Source of the DNA: a virus
Strand: one strand, 5' to 3'
IMG/VR virus record: IMGVR_UViG_3300023179_000046
Span: 1-64,000 of that record
DNA: 64,000 nt
In this document: piece by piece, positions 1 through 10,341 of the stretch
Layout of the letters: every line of letters begins with the position of its first letter
How positions within the stretch are numbered: the first letter of the stretch is position 1
Translations under genes and position numbers: made by a program
The notes under the pieces: generated by a model
The model's database searches: none
The model's input: the letters and a program-made list of their open reading frames with translations, nothing else
Told to the model about the DNA's origin: nothing

Positions 1-630
1 CGTGCCGCCGTGCGTCTTTGCGCGATGCAAGTTAAACAATGTTTTGGATCGCGGCAAATTGCGACTATTTTTGAAAGTCTTTTCTGCAATACCTCTACCT
101 ACCAATCCTACAGGTAAACCTTGGGGGCTGTGAACCGGAACAATAATCATGTTCTGCTTCGCTGAATACCCCAACCTAAATAATTGTATAGCATCTAAAT
201 CAATAAACCTTGACTGCAAATACTTTAACGCCTCTATACCCTTACTGTCAAGTAGGGATGTGTGCATTTCATCAAGTTTTGATTGAGGAAACTCTACAAA
301 CTCAGGCTTATCTTCAAGAATCTTATCCAACTCATACTCAAACGACGACTCTGCGCTAGTCTTACAGGACTGAATCAGCCTCAACGATTCAAAGTCGTTA
401 CTCTCTGTAACCATAGACACTAGATCAAGGACCGTGCCGCTAGCCCCACACGAAGGATTAAAGCATAAATAGACACCCTTGGAATGACTTACAGAAAACG
501 AAGGAGTATTCTTGTTACCGTGAAAAGGACACAGGCAAAGAAAGTCGTTGTATGTTTCACCGTAAATGCTTAGATTTAATTTTTTAAGAATAGAACGAAC
601 GTGTGACTGGCTATAAACTTCAAGTAACAT
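1..630 (-). CDS. dnaG: DNA primase (CHC2 zinc finger plus start of catalytic region), truncated by the window edge
   Basis: Not in the ORF track. Translated by hand from ATG at 630: MLLEVYSQ...CLCPFHGNKNTPSFSV...YLCFNPSCGASG...VPVHSPQGLPVGLVGR...LFNLHRA. Lies two genes downstream of the DnaB helicase. Confidence 0.9.
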   Translation of the reverse strand, partial: MLLEVYSQSHVRSILKKLNLSIYGETYNDFLCLCPFHGNKNTPSFSVSHSKGVYLCFNPSCGASGTVLDLVSMVTESNDFESLRLIQSCKTSAESSFEYELDKILEDKPEFVEFPQSKLDEMHTSLLDSKGIEALKYLQSRFIDLDAIQLFRLGYSAKQNMIIVPVHSPQGLPVGLVGRGIAEKTFKNSRNLPRSKTLFNLHRAKTHGGT

Positions 631-637
631 TAAATTC

Positions 638-910
638 CTATCTAGGAATAAATTCCTGACCAGTAAAACCTTCTACGATGTGAGACTTTTTCTTACCGAT
701 AAAGATACCAAACATTGTTAGAGAAAAAGTATAGTTATCTTGACTCATGTTGTATGATACAGAAAACTGCGGTAAAACGTCAAGGACCGGCACATACCCA
801 CCGTCTCTCATTCCTTGAACAATTGTTCTTTCAAACAACTCCCGGCATTTAATAAATTCAGAATCGCTAGGGATAATGCCGGTGACAGTAAAGTTATGTA
901 TTTTTCTCAT
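638..910 (-). CDS. Hypothetical phage protein
   Basis: ORF track gives 638..988. ATG at 910 (MRKIHNF) has an AAGGAG RBS and an upstream TGGTATAAT. Confidence 0.7.
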   Translation of the reverse strand: MRKIHNFTVTGIIPSDSEFIKCRELFERTIVQGMRDGGYVPVLDVLPQFSVSYNMSQDNYTFSLTMFGIFIGKKKSHIVEGFTGQEFIPR

Positions 911-991
911 ATTAAGTTTTCTCCTTATGTGTAAATTATACCAACGCAAAGGAGCCAAACAAAATTTAATTAAATTGTTTTTAATCATAAA

Positions 992-2218
992 CTACTCAAG
1001 AGGCAAATCAAACAGTTCCTTAACAACGCCCCTGTTAATATCCCAATCTAGATAGAATCCAAACTCTGAACCATGCCGATTTTTCCTACTCACGACTTCT
1101 ATGATATTAGTGTCAGTCTGACGATGAACGGCAAAAGCCATATCTGCATCATACTCAATTGCCTTAGACCAAGCGACCTGATTAAGCATCGGCGGTCCAT
1201 TATGGTCAGAAACATCATTAGCGGTAGCAGCAGTAATGTCAACAACAGGAAGATTATTTCTAACAGCCATCAACTTCAACTCCCGCGAAATATTACGGTT
1301 ACGCTCAACCTCAGAATTAGAACGCTTAGAGTCATTAAGTAGTTGATGATAGTCAACAATCACCAAATCGGGGCGATGTTGGTCAATCTTAGCCTGAATA
1401 GTTGAAGGAGTAACATCTGCAACACCCTCATTCGACACAATGATAAACCCGCGCTTGTCAGCCATCTTCTTCCTAGACCAAGAATTAAAGTCATCAATGT
1501 TTACTGTGCCCCTAGAGAAATCAGAAGCCTTAAACACCCCCGACCCCATCATGGTATACAAACGCTCACGCATATTCTCAGGAGACATTTCCATAGAAAC
1601 AATCATAGGCTTAAAGCCTTGCTCCCATGCCTTACATGCCATATATCCAGTAGCCCACGACTTACCGCGAGAAGGCCAACCAATAACAACAATAAGGTGG
1701 CCGGGAGCCATACCAGTAGGGTAAGCAAAATCCATAGCCTGAAAGCCAGTCTTAATACCGGGCTGCCCGCCCATCATATCCGAACGTTCACGCAGAGCAA
1801 CAAAATACTTTTCTGCCTGCTCATAGTCAGTAATGTCAACGTCCTTAACAGTATTGCTCAGCCTTGACAGTTTAGCGACCTCAGCCTGAATGTCATTCAA
1901 AACCCTAGCGGCAGCGTTCTTCTTTAGGTCGCCGCCTGCGGCGAGCAACATGCCCTTGATCTTAGAAGAAAGAAAGTCATTCTTTAACTCGTCCAAATAG
2001 TAGCCAGTTTCAGCATTAACGGACTGTGGCTCAAAATTACTATACCTATCAACCAGAACGGAAACCTCAGGGACGGAACCAAACTTTTTGTAGTAAGACT
2101 TCAAGCCCTCCCAAACATCACGATGCGACTCAAACAAGTCATCCACGTTATCTTGCATCAAAGTTGCAATGTCTTTGTTCTTGCATACGGCAGAAATCAC
2201 AGAAGATTCTGTACTCAT
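992..2218 (-). CDS. dnaB: DnaB-like replicative helicase
   Basis: Walker A GWPSRGKS, SMEM, Walker B VIVDY, IEYDAD and KNRHG motifs. Confidence 0.93.
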   Translation of the reverse strand: MSTESSVISAVCKNKDIATLMQDNVDDLFESHRDVWEGLKSYYKKFGSVPEVSVLVDRYSNFEPQSVNAETGYYLDELKNDFLSSKIKGMLLAAGGDLKKNAAARVLNDIQAEVAKLSRLSNTVKDVDITDYEQAEKYFVALRERSDMMGGQPGIKTGFQAMDFAYPTGMAPGHLIVVIGWPSRGKSWATGYMACKAWEQGFKPMIVSMEMSPENMRERLYTMMGSGVFKASDFSRGTVNIDDFNSWSRKKMADKRGFIIVSNEGVADVTPSTIQAKIDQHRPDLVIVDYHQLLNDSKRSNSEVERNRNISRELKLMAVRNNLPVVDITAATANDVSDHNGPPMLNQVAWSKAIEYDADMAFAVHRQTDTNIIEVVSRKNRHGSEFGFYLDWDINRGVVKELFDLPLE

Positions 2219-2535
2219 TGTGCCTCCATCATTTCCTTAGTAGCGGCCCTAATCTTTGCGCGGCGGCGCTCGTCATCTTTAATCTTCAACTGCATATCAT
2301 CTAGCCTATCAAAGTTATAGAAAAACCACGACAGGGGATGCCCTGCATTTTCTACAGTAAAATAATAATCTAGCAACTCTTTAGATCGGTCATAGCCGAT
2401 GCTATCAATAACGTCCTGCATCGCCCACTTCTCTCTGTGACGATTAATGACAGGTCGCTTACCATACTTTGAGAAGTAAAGAGTCTCATACTGACCAATC
2501 AGAGCAAAACATAGTTTTGCTGTATCCTTAGTCAC
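2215..2535 (-). CDS. Hypothetical protein
   Basis: 106 aa, with 4-bp ATGA overlaps to both neighbours. Confidence 0.75.
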   Translation of the reverse strand: MTKDTAKLCFALIGQYETLYFSKYGKRPVINRHREKWAMQDVIDSIGYDRSKELLDYYFTVENAGHPLSWFFYNFDRLDDMQLKIKDDERRRAKIRAATKEMMEAQ

Positions 2536-2756
2536 TTACCCTTCAACTCTTTCTCAATCTCAGACATCTTATCAATAAGTTTCTTCTCAACAAAGGCATA
2601 GACACGATCCATAGCCACTGTCACGGACTCCCCGGCCCTAGCGGTATCCTCAACACCTAGCGTAACCTTGATGTTTTCATAATTACCTAGATTGCGGGTA
2701 TACGAAAGATCAACCTTAACAACTGTAGGCTGACTGCTATCTGACAACTGAGACAT
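2532..2756 (-). CDS. Hypothetical protein
   Basis: 74 aa, GGAG RBS, translationally coupled to the next gene. Confidence 0.75.
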   Translation of the reverse strand: MSQLSDSSQPTVVKVDLSYTRNLGNYENIKVTLGVEDTARAGESVTVAMDRVYAFVEKKLIDKMSEIEKELKGK

Positions 2757-2782
2757 TATTGCTCCGATCTAATAGTGTAAAT

Positions 2783-3304
2783 TTACCATTCAGGCTGCTT
2801 CCAGATGGGCATAAACTCTCCATCGGAATTCTTAGTGTATAGCACCTTCTCATTTCTGAGAAGTGCTTCTAGTTCTGCCTTGGACGGAATATCATGATGA
2901 GTAATTTGTCCATCATGCCTCGGACGCCCACGGTGAACCGTTAAAAAAAACTCTCTAACTTCACGAATGTCATCTTCGCTAAATAAATATCTAAGTAATC
3001 TATTAGTGCCATCTAGAGACATAGCAGTTTGTGGCTTTCTAATATCTCCCGCGAGCAAATGTCTTTTGACAGTATCAATGTGCCTGTTAACGAGACGAGC
3101 CACCTGTCCAGTAGTATAAGCACGTTGCCTACGATTATATGCATCTGCTAAATTATAGGCAACGCGCTTATTCATCTTAAAGTTCCAAGCGACTAAAATA
3201 TCTTCGGATTTATTTGCTTGTAGAGTTTTATGTAGATCGCCGTTCAGGTAGAAATAATTCCATGCCTGCCGCGATTTTTTCTGCGTTCTAACTCGTTTAA
3301 CCAT
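2783..3304 (-). CDS. MerR-like helix-turn-helix DNA-binding protein
   Basis: YTTGQVARLVNRHIDTVKRH HTH, YLFSEDDI wing, and RGRPR AT-hook-like motif. Confidence 0.65.
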   Translation of the reverse strand: MVKRVRTQKKSRQAWNYFYLNGDLHKTLQANKSEDILVAWNFKMNKRVAYNLADAYNRRQRAYTTGQVARLVNRHIDTVKRHLLAGDIRKPQTAMSLDGTNRLLRYLFSEDDIREVREFFLTVHRGRPRHDGQITHHDIPSKAELEALLRNEKVLYTKNSDGEFMPIWKQPEW

Positions 3305-3435
3305 ATTGTAAATCCGTTCAGTTTATTTTTAAGAATCCATCGCTTACCACACATCAAACAAAACAACTCTATCCTTTGAGCGGTGTGGAAAACCCTATCT
3401 ACAAAAACTCGTCCGTTACATTTCCTGCAAAACAT
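3244..3435 (-). CDS. Small zinc-ribbon protein
   Basis: CRKC...CLMC, 63 aa. Confidence 0.7.
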   Translation of the reverse strand: MFCRKCNGRVFVDRVFHTAQRIELFCLMCGKRWILKNKLNGFTIWLNELERRKNRGRHGIIST

Positions 3436-3812
3436 TATGCGCCTGTTGGTGATTCATCCTGAGAATCAGTAAGAGTACCTTGAAGTTCTTCCAATGCAGC
3501 CTCATCGTTATTACGGTTACCGCCAAAAATTGAGAAGGCAGTCAACACCTGATCCAGATTAGTACCACTTAGAAGGTACTGATAGATCAACTGAGACGAA
3601 GCATATACGGCTGCGAACGTTTGGGTAAGATGAGCAGTAGAGTAATCACCATCAAATTGATTCCAAGTCAGAGCAACACCACCCAATAGCGAAAGAACAA
3701 CCGCAATACTCTGGCGCTGTCTTGAATCTAGATTAATAGTCTTTAAAACTGAGGTAAGGATGGTGACGACAATACCGAAGCCTAACCCACCCACTACGAG
3801 CGATGTATCCAT
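3435..3812 (-). CDS. Membrane protein, possible holin
   Basis: 2-3 hydrophobic segments, acidic C-terminal tail, AGGAG RBS. Confidence 0.55.
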   Translation of the reverse strand: MDTSLVVGGLGFGIVVTILTSVLKTINLDSRQRQSIAVVLSLLGGVALTWNQFDGDYSTAHLTQTFAAVYASSQLIYQYLLSGTNLDQVLTAFSIFGGNRNNDEAALEELQGTLTDSQDESPTGA

Positions 3813-3828
3813 TATTTCTCCTTATTGT

Positions 3829-4638
3829 TTATTCAACGGAATATTTTTTACCGTCTACATAGCAAGAATAGTTTTTAATCTTTACAAGATTCATGTAATA
3901 GTCATTATCATCAATGTACCCGTAAATAAACCCTTGCTGCCAATTACGTTGATTTGAATAGTCAGCCTTATTAACGTCCATAAGGTGACCAATTTCATAT
4001 CCCTCTAACCTTTGCCCCGTCAATTCGTAAGTCTTGTGATAGTCACCTACACGGTGACTGTGACCACGAATAATCGAAACTCCCCAAGCATCAATGTCAG
4101 CCTTCACAGACTCACCGCTATGCTTAGAAACAGCACTACCATGATGAATATACATATCATGAAATCTTCTATAAGGTAGGGCGTCGTACCGATGAAAAAC
4201 AATATTGTTTTTGTCTAAGCCATATAAAGTGTCGGGAGTAATTTTTTCCAATAGCGCGGGAGCCTTAGACTTAAAATAATTCTCATGACGAGTCCATCCG
4301 TGATTACCGTCATGCAAATGAATATCTGCCTTAGGCGCAAGTTTACGAAGGTCCGCTAGAAAGTTCTTAGTATGCTGAGAACCATCATACTCCAAATTAG
4401 ACAAAGCAATTTTCTCTAATTCATCTGTAGTAGCCTTTTTAACATCAACGCCATAAAACAATTCATCTGATGACCCGGCTGCCCAACGGCTAGTCGCATC
4501 AGCATTATCAATATCGCCAACTAGGTCAATAATGTTAGGCTTAAAACCTTTAACAACATTAAGCCATAGTTGCACGGCTTTTTCATCGTGCAGCGGAAAC
4601 TGAATATCACTAACCGCTAAATACTTAAGGTCTGTCAT
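3829..4638 (-). CDS. Calcineurin-like metallophosphoesterase
   Basis: SDIQ, GDIDN, GNHG, HHG and GHSHR motifs. Confidence 0.88.
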   Translation of the reverse strand: MTDLKYLAVSDIQFPLHDEKAVQLWLNVVKGFKPNIIDLVGDIDNADATSRWAAGSSDELFYGVDVKKATTDELEKIALSNLEYDGSQHTKNFLADLRKLAPKADIHLHDGNHGWTRHENYFKSKAPALLEKITPDTLYGLDKNNIVFHRYDALPYRRFHDMYIHHGSAVSKHSGESVKADIDAWGVSIIRGHSHRVGDYHKTYELTGQRLEGYEIGHLMDVNKADYSNQRNWQQGFIYGYIDDNDYYMNLVKIKNYSCYVDGKKYSVE

Positions 4639-4903
4639 TTTTATCCTTTGTTTGGTGAGCCTTATTGTGCTGCTCGCGGGTACATAAAAAAAGATTAATT
4701 AAACTGTTATCTTGCTTGTTCTCATTGATATGATGAACAGTTTCCCACTCATGTAGTATTCTGTCAAGTTGACACTCTATCACAAGGCGGTGTTCATAGT
4801 ACCATCCCTTGAAAGACTTAGGATGTTCAGGTATTTCTATTAAAGTGTACCCGTCAAATATTTTCTTGGATCGCTTGCTCCAAGACTTTACGGGATGGTA
4901 CAT
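4625..4903 (-). CDS. HNH endonuclease
   Basis: YEHRLV...VHHINENKQDNSLINL...HNKAH. Confidence 0.85.
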   Translation of the reverse strand: MYHPVKSWSKRSKKIFDGYTLIEIPEHPKSFKGWYYEHRLVIECQLDRILHEWETVHHINENKQDNSLINLFLCTREQHNKAHQTKDKNDRP

Positions 4904-5325
4904 TAAGTGCCAATAACAATAAAATGAACGTAGAACTTATCTTTTGTTTTATCCCAATTACCCTTGGCTGAGTTAATGTTCCAAGTTATAGAATCAGAAC
5001 TTTTGGAGTAGTCAACGTCAAAGCAGACTGAAACCCCGGCCTTTTTTCCATCATAGTTAGCAGTAACTACAGGGAAACTAGTAAAATTAGTTTTAAGTTT
5101 GTAGGTTCCAGTCAACAGTTGAGTGCCCCACCCCTTAGCCACTTGCTTTTCGCTAACATGAAAAGCCTCTATAAGCATCCTGCGAGAAGAACCATCAATA
5201 GGAATAGGGGCAGCATCCTTATCGCTAATCTTATAAGGATGACGGCGAGCGCCATTATCTAAATTATTAATCTTGGCAATAGCAACATTAATATCAGAAA
5301 GATTAACAACTATATTATTAGGCAT
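4903..5325 (-). CDS. Hypothetical protein (possibly tail-associated)
   Basis: 140 aa, beta-rich C-terminus, coupled to neighbours. Confidence 0.6.
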   Translation of the reverse strand: MPNNIVVNLSDINVAIAKINNLDNGARRHPYKISDKDAAPIPIDGSSRRMLIEAFHVSEKQVAKGWGTQLLTGTYKLKTNFTSFPVVTANYDGKKAGVSVCFDVDYSKSSDSITWNINSAKGNWDKTKDKFYVHFIVIGT

Positions 5326-5704
5326 TTAAAATTCCTCCATATGGATGCAACTCTGCTTCTGATGAACTTACAAGAAGAATGTCATTAAATTTAAAACCTA
5401 AAACAGTTAAAGTATCAGGGTTGCTGATTAAATATTTTTTATAATCAGATACTAAGTATATCTTATTATTAGATATATCTCTAATGAGAGAACCATCACG
5501 GAATCCAACAAGCCCCGCATTTTTAACATCTCTCATGGCTAACTCAGTAGTTTTAACTACTTTAAGATTCCAAGTATTTAATGCTCTTGTTGAATTAAAT
5601 TTAAAGCGTTTATTTCCTTTTACAAGGAAGTAACCATTTTCAGTAAGAGCAATCAGGCCACCCGGTACACGGGGGGCATAGTTACGCAGTTCTCGCCGGA
5701 ACAT
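5318..5704 (-). CDS. Hypothetical protein
   Basis: ORF track 5318..5731. The likelier start is MFRREL at 5704. Confidence 0.65.
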   Translation of the reverse strand: MFRRELRNYAPRVPGGLIALTENGYFLVKGNKRFKFNSTRALNTWNLKVVKTTELAMRDVKNAGLVGFRDGSLIRDISNNKIYLVSDYKKYLISNPDTLTVLGFKFNDILLVSSSEAELHPYGGILNA

Positions 5705-5888
5705 TCGCCAAAGACCTTGACAATTCCTCAATGCGCTTATCCCGTGCCTGAATTTCCTGAGTAGCCTGAGCCTTCAAAATAGCCATTTGAGTTTCATACT
5801 GCGTAGTAACTTGACCAATTCTATTTTGCAATTCCTGCAAAATTAACTCTAAAGTAGAATTGTTGTTTTCAACGGGCTGCACTGACAT
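5682..5888 (-). CDS. Small coiled-coil protein
   Basis: 68 aa, AAGGAG RBS, heptad pattern. Confidence 0.7.
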   Translation of the reverse strand: MSVQPVENNNSTLELILQELQNRIGQVTTQYETQMAILKAQATQEIQARDKRIEELSRSLANVPARTA

Positions 5889-6029
5889 ATTTCTCCTTAT
5901 AATATAATGTTGACGGTTACTTACAGTAACCGTACTACCTAATTTTTATTAAAACTTTACTAGGCATACAGTTTTTCTATATATCCAAGTATAAATACTA
6001 TACCACAGAGGGTGATATTAATGTCAAGG

Positions 6030-9000
6030 CTAGGATAGTTGGACTGCTACAACGCCAACATAGGTAGCATTTGTAGCAACACTTGCGCTTAAGTCAAGCG
6101 GTACGGTTGATGAAGACCATTGAAACCTTAATCCAGATGTAAACGGCGTACCAGTACTTGCCGATAGCGTTCCAACTGGAGCGCCCGCTATCCTTCCCGC
6201 CCAGACGTATGCTGATGCAGATGATGCGCCATGACCAACCGTGCCAATCCAATGTCTACCTGTGGGCGATCCCGGTATGTTTAAGCCAGAAGAAGTATAC
6301 TGACCAGCAGAGGATGTGTCAAATAGTGCTGACCCCGTTAGAGTTGTAGGATATCCGTCAGGACCATCAGAATATACTACAACTCTAACGCTAGAAGTTG
6401 CTACTCCCGTAACAGCAGCATGTAAAGTTAATGCTTGAATGCTATTTCCACCCGTAATTACAGGTGCAATATTTAATTGATTAATTGTAAATGGTGTAGT
6501 TGTAAAACCAGTGCCGTCGTGGTATGTCCAAGTACCCGGCCTAAATTTGTTTCTTGATGTTGGTGCCCAGTTAGTACCATTCCATGTAGGAACGTTACCT
6601 ATTGATGCACTTACGCTAGATGATACATATGCGCTTGCTGCAATCCCGCCCAGCGATCCTGAGTTTACTAATGATGCTGTAGAAGTAATATTTCTTACAA
6701 ATGCCGTCGTTGCAATTTGAGTATTGTTTACTGACGCAGCAACAGTAGGTGCTAGTGGCGCACCAGTCAATGTTGGTGATGCCAATAAGGCATAGGCGCT
6801 AGCGGCTACGCCGCCTAGCGATGCACTATTAGAAGCAGTAGAAATAGAACCACTAGAGGTTAGGAAACCTAAAGAATTAACATAGGGCTGCGTAGCGACG
6901 GCTGCGCCGCCGACGCTAGCAGCAGTAAAGTTTGCTGATGCCAATAAGGCATAGGCGTTTGCACCAATACCACCAAGCGATGCACTATTGGCAGCAAAGT
7001 TATAAAGCAGTATAGTATTACCGGAGCCGGTAGTTGTTAAATTAGGTGTCATTGTAAAATCTTTTACAGCATTAGAAATAATAAGGTTTGATCTGCCAGA
7101 AGTAACAACATTTAGATCAGTGCCGTAACTTTGCTCTAACTGTAAATTAGCAATTAAGATAGTTGCAACACTATTGTTTGTATTTTGTATTTTAATTGCC
7201 CCTGCTTGACCTGTATCAGTATCAAACTCTGCTACTTGACGCATATGTAAATTGCCAATTGCTATAGATCCGTTTACGTTATTGAATAATATTCCATAGT
7301 CCCCCCCAAGGTATTGCAAGGCACCCGTAGATGACCGCATGGGGCCACGCCAGCGAACACCATCCGAATAAAAAGCCTTTGCGGTTCCATCAAGTGTAGT
7401 GTCACTGACAAGTGCCCATCTTCTAAGCCCGGTAGTGGCGGGTGGATAATTAGCGGTTAATGTCGCAACATCACTTTGTGTAGGAAGTAAAGTCGTACTA
7501 GCAGTAACTTGAACCCAAGTAGACGCACTATTGTACCGCTCTACTACACCAGTATCAGTAGAATAATAATTTAAACCTAAAATTGCGCTAGCCCCACTAG
7601 GCCTGTTCGCCGCTAGTCCCGAAATTGGCGCATGAGTATTAAGTCCATTAATAATAAGGTTAGGAATCTGTAATCCAGAAATCCATCCAGTAAACTCAAT
7701 CGCCCGCGCCGGGGCGGGAGTAATATACAGGTAATCTATAACAGAGTCAGACCAACGACAACGGACGAGGCTTCGGTCGGACGGAACATAATTAGAAGTA
7801 TCCAAGAATACATTTCGCATTACATTGTCAGATCCACCTAGTTCAAGATACCCTTCTGCTGTTGATGTTATTAAGTTAATTCCTGACCTGTTAACAGTAT
7901 AACCATTGTTTATGTAGAGATTAGTTAACTGTACGCGAGAACAAACCAAATCAATTTGAGTAAAATGTTTAAAGTGGCAACGATTAAAACGACAATCAGT
8001 TAATTGACTTATAGAACCATCTAAAAATAATGCTCGTCTTGTTGCAGCGTCATAGTTTGATTGATGTGCCCAGTGAGCAATATCTTCAATTTCAGCACCG
8101 TCAACAGAATTATCTGAGCCACCACCCCAATAGTAAGGACATTCAATGCTATAACTTGAATTAGTAACTGCTACCGCTACAGGCTGACCTTCTGACCCCG
8201 CCGGAAATAGGCCACGAATTTTAAGATTATCAAGAAATGGTAATGCCCTAACAATTGTGTAGGTGCCTGTGTGAATTTTTCCCTGTGAGAGTAATGGACC
8301 CGCCGATCGCGCAGCAAGGAAAAGAGTATTTCCACTTCTTGAATTAACGGTAACCCATTCTGCACCAGCACTTGTTGTAGGGTCAAGCGGGGCGGGGGAT
8401 GTTCGTGTAAAGTTACCTTCGGACAAACTTAGGGCGTCAAGGATTATAACAAAAGATCCAGAGGCGGGAAACATCGAAGAATTTGTGACTGTAATAGCAA
8501 AGTCGTTTCCAGAACTTGCAGAAAGCGCAGTTGATGATGTTGTCACACCGCCAGTTAGAGTCCATTTGCTACCCAACGCGCCGGGTTTTTGAGGAATAAG
8601 TAATGGTTGACGATTCCTACTAGCATCATAATATGCTTGCATCCAAGCACTCATTGCTACAGTGCCATCACTTGAATCATAGCCAGCGTATTGCGAAACG
8701 TTAATAGTTGTTCTATCAAGATTAGATAATTCATTTTTAATGAATAAAGTATTTGCTATTTGAGTTGTTGAAGCACCCGCCGCTGCCGTAGGAACAACAG
8801 GAGAACCACTAAAAGATGGAGAGGATAGTAAAGCATATGATGCTGCGGGAATCCCGCCCAAGGACGCACTGTTGCCTGTTGCAGATGCAGAAGTTAAATA
8901 TCCTTGTGAGGTAACAAATGCTTGGGTTGCAATAGCAGAACCAGAAATGCTGGCGGAAGTAAAATTAGAAGAAGATAGGAGCGCATACAAATTGGCCGGG

Positions 9001-9221
9001 ATATTATTTAAAGAAGCACTTGTTCCAGCAGAAGCAGTATAGTTACTAGAACCTGCACTACCCGAAGAAAAATATGATAAAGAATTCCAACTTAAACTAC
9101 CATCACCAATTTTAATCTTAGTGGTATCTAATTCTAAACCAACTTCCCCCGCCGCTAAAACGGGGTTAGCGGAAGTCCATTCCGCTGCGGAGCCTCGCCT
9201 TAACTGAATTTGAATCGGCAT
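6030..9221 (-). CDS. Tail fibre/tailspike with Mtd_N-type N-terminus and probable beta-helix domain
   Basis: IQLRRGSAAEWTSANPVLAAGEVGLELDT..KIGDG, fibre repeats SPTLTGAPLAPT..NTQIATTAFV, and a central Asn/Ile-rich region. Confidence 0.85.
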   Translation of the reverse strand: MPIQIQLRRGSAAEWTSANPVLAAGEVGLELDTTKIKIGDGSLSWNSLSYFSSGSAGSSNYTASAGTSASLNNIPANLYALLSSSNFTSASISGSAIATQAFVTSQGYLTSASATGNSASLGGIPAASYALLSSPSFSGSPVVPTAAAGASTTQIANTLFIKNELSNLDRTTINVSQYAGYDSSDGTVAMSAWMQAYYDASRNRQPLLIPQKPGALGSKWTLTGGVTTSSTALSASSGNDFAITVTNSSMFPASGSFVIILDALSLSEGNFTRTSPAPLDPTTSAGAEWVTVNSRSGNTLFLAARSAGPLLSQGKIHTGTYTIVRALPFLDNLKIRGLFPAGSEGQPVAVAVTNSSYSIECPYYWGGGSDNSVDGAEIEDIAHWAHQSNYDAATRRALFLDGSISQLTDCRFNRCHFKHFTQIDLVCSRVQLTNLYINNGYTVNRSGINLITSTAEGYLELGGSDNVMRNVFLDTSNYVPSDRSLVRCRWSDSVIDYLYITPAPARAIEFTGWISGLQIPNLIINGLNTHAPISGLAANRPSGASAILGLNYYSTDTGVVERYNSASTWVQVTASTTLLPTQSDVATLTANYPPATTGLRRWALVSDTTLDGTAKAFYSDGVRWRGPMRSSTGALQYLGGDYGILFNNVNGSIAIGNLHMRQVAEFDTDTGQAGAIKIQNTNNSVATILIANLQLEQSYGTDLNVVTSGRSNLIISNAVKDFTMTPNLTTTGSGNTILLYNFAANSASLGGIGANAYALLASANFTAASVGGAAVATQPYVNSLGFLTSSGSISTASNSASLGGVAASAYALLASPTLTGAPLAPTVAASVNNTQIATTAFVRNITSTASLVNSGSLGGIAASAYVSSSVSASIGNVPTWNGTNWAPTSRNKFRPGTWTYHDGTGFTTTPFTINQLNIAPVITGGNSIQALTLHAAVTGVATSSVRVVVYSDGPDGYPTTLTGSALFDTSSAGQYTSSGLNIPGSPTGRHWIGTVGHGASSASAYVWAGRIAGAPVGTLSASTGTPFTSGLRFQWSSSTVPLDLSASVATNATYVGVVAVQLS
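6655..6929. repeat. 275-bp direct repeat, copy 1 (in fibre gene 6030..9221)
   Basis: Identical by eye to 10991..11265. Confidence 0.9.
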
Positions 9222-9282
9222 ACTTTAAAATCCCATCATGTGCTTTAATAAATTATATCACGAAGGCATAGTCTGAACATAA

Positions 9283-10020
9283 TTATAGAAGTATGCCCCA
9301 ACCAATTTTGGGAACAATAATTATTGCTGGTCCCCCTCCACCAGATGTAAATTCTTTAATCGCTAATAATATTGTTGTTGTAGAGCCACCTGTAACAGAA
9401 AGATTTGCAGTGAGTGAATTAACAACACCTGTATTGGTGCCACGATCTAGATAATATAAAGCAGCAGCAGGAGCCACTGATGTAGCAGAAGTTGATCGCG
9501 CTGCAAGAAATGTACCTGTAGGAGGGGTAGCGGACCATGACCTGCCACTAACAAGGTTTGCGCTAAAAAATGCCAATAGCATTGAATTATTTATTGCAGT
9601 GGTTATAGTTGATGTTGTTGCAAATGCGGGGGCTACGAAGGCGTGCGTCGTACCTATGTCACCATCAATAACTACTGGTCCCGCAGCACCAGTTAGAACT
9701 ACAGCAGTTATATTTAGACCTAGAGCACCAGTAAAAAATGTATTAGGAAAACTTCCAGTAACATAATAAGCGCCTACATATGTTTGATCCCCAACGGCTT
9801 CATTATCGGCCAACTGTAGGATAGTTGTCCATCCGGTTGAAGGTGATGGACCAGCAAAACTATAAGATCCATCACCGGCACCTCCCGTATCCGAAGCAAA
9901 TACCACCACTAAAGACCCCGCTGGCGGTCCAGACAGAGATGCGCTAGTTATAGTCGTAGAGGCAGTTCCCGCGACCGCAGGGATACTTAAAGATATAGCA
10001 CTAGTAACTCCAATAGGCAT
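9283..10020 (-). CDS. Ser/Thr/Ala-rich virion (tail-associated) protein
   Basis: 245 aa, beta-sandwich-like composition, inside the fibre cluster. Confidence 0.6.
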   Translation of the reverse strand: MPIGVTSAISLSIPAVAGTASTTITSASLSGPPAGSLVVVFASDTGGAGDGSYSFAGPSPSTGWTTILQLADNEAVGDQTYVGAYYVTGSFPNTFFTGALGLNITAVVLTGAAGPVVIDGDIGTTHAFVAPAFATTSTITTAINNSMLLAFFSANLVSGRSWSATPPTGTFLAARSTSATSVAPAAALYYLDRGTNTGVVNSLTANLSVTGGSTTTILLAIKEFTSGGGGPAIIIVPKIGWGILL

Positions 10021-10024
10021 TAAA

Positions 10025-10324
10025 TCATCCTGTCAAGAAAGACCAAATGCCCGCAATACCCGAAGTCAACTCGGCATCAGTCGGCGCAGCAGAAGTCGTC
10101 GCAACGGTGATATTAGAGATTACCAGCGGCAGAACAGCATTAGCCTCACCAGCAGGATTGTTAGCAATACGACGAATGTAAGCGGCTTCCGATCCAGTAG
10201 CACCAGACAACCTAGTAGCGGCATACTTGATAAGGGCAACTTGTACGCGGGTTGACAAAGACGGGGAGCCTGTGGCAGATGTAGTAATCTGACCAGCAGC
10301 CTCAGTAATTGAATATGCAGGCAT
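10025..10324 (-). CDS. Small tail-fibre-associated protein
   Basis: 99 aa, AAGGAG RBS. Confidence 0.6.
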   Translation of the reverse strand: MPAYSITEAAGQITTSATGSPSLSTRVQVALIKYAATRLSGATGSEAAYIRRIANNPAGEANAVLPLVISNITVATTSAAPTDAELTSGIAGIWSFLTG

Positions 10325-10341
10325 TATATTTTCTCCTTAGG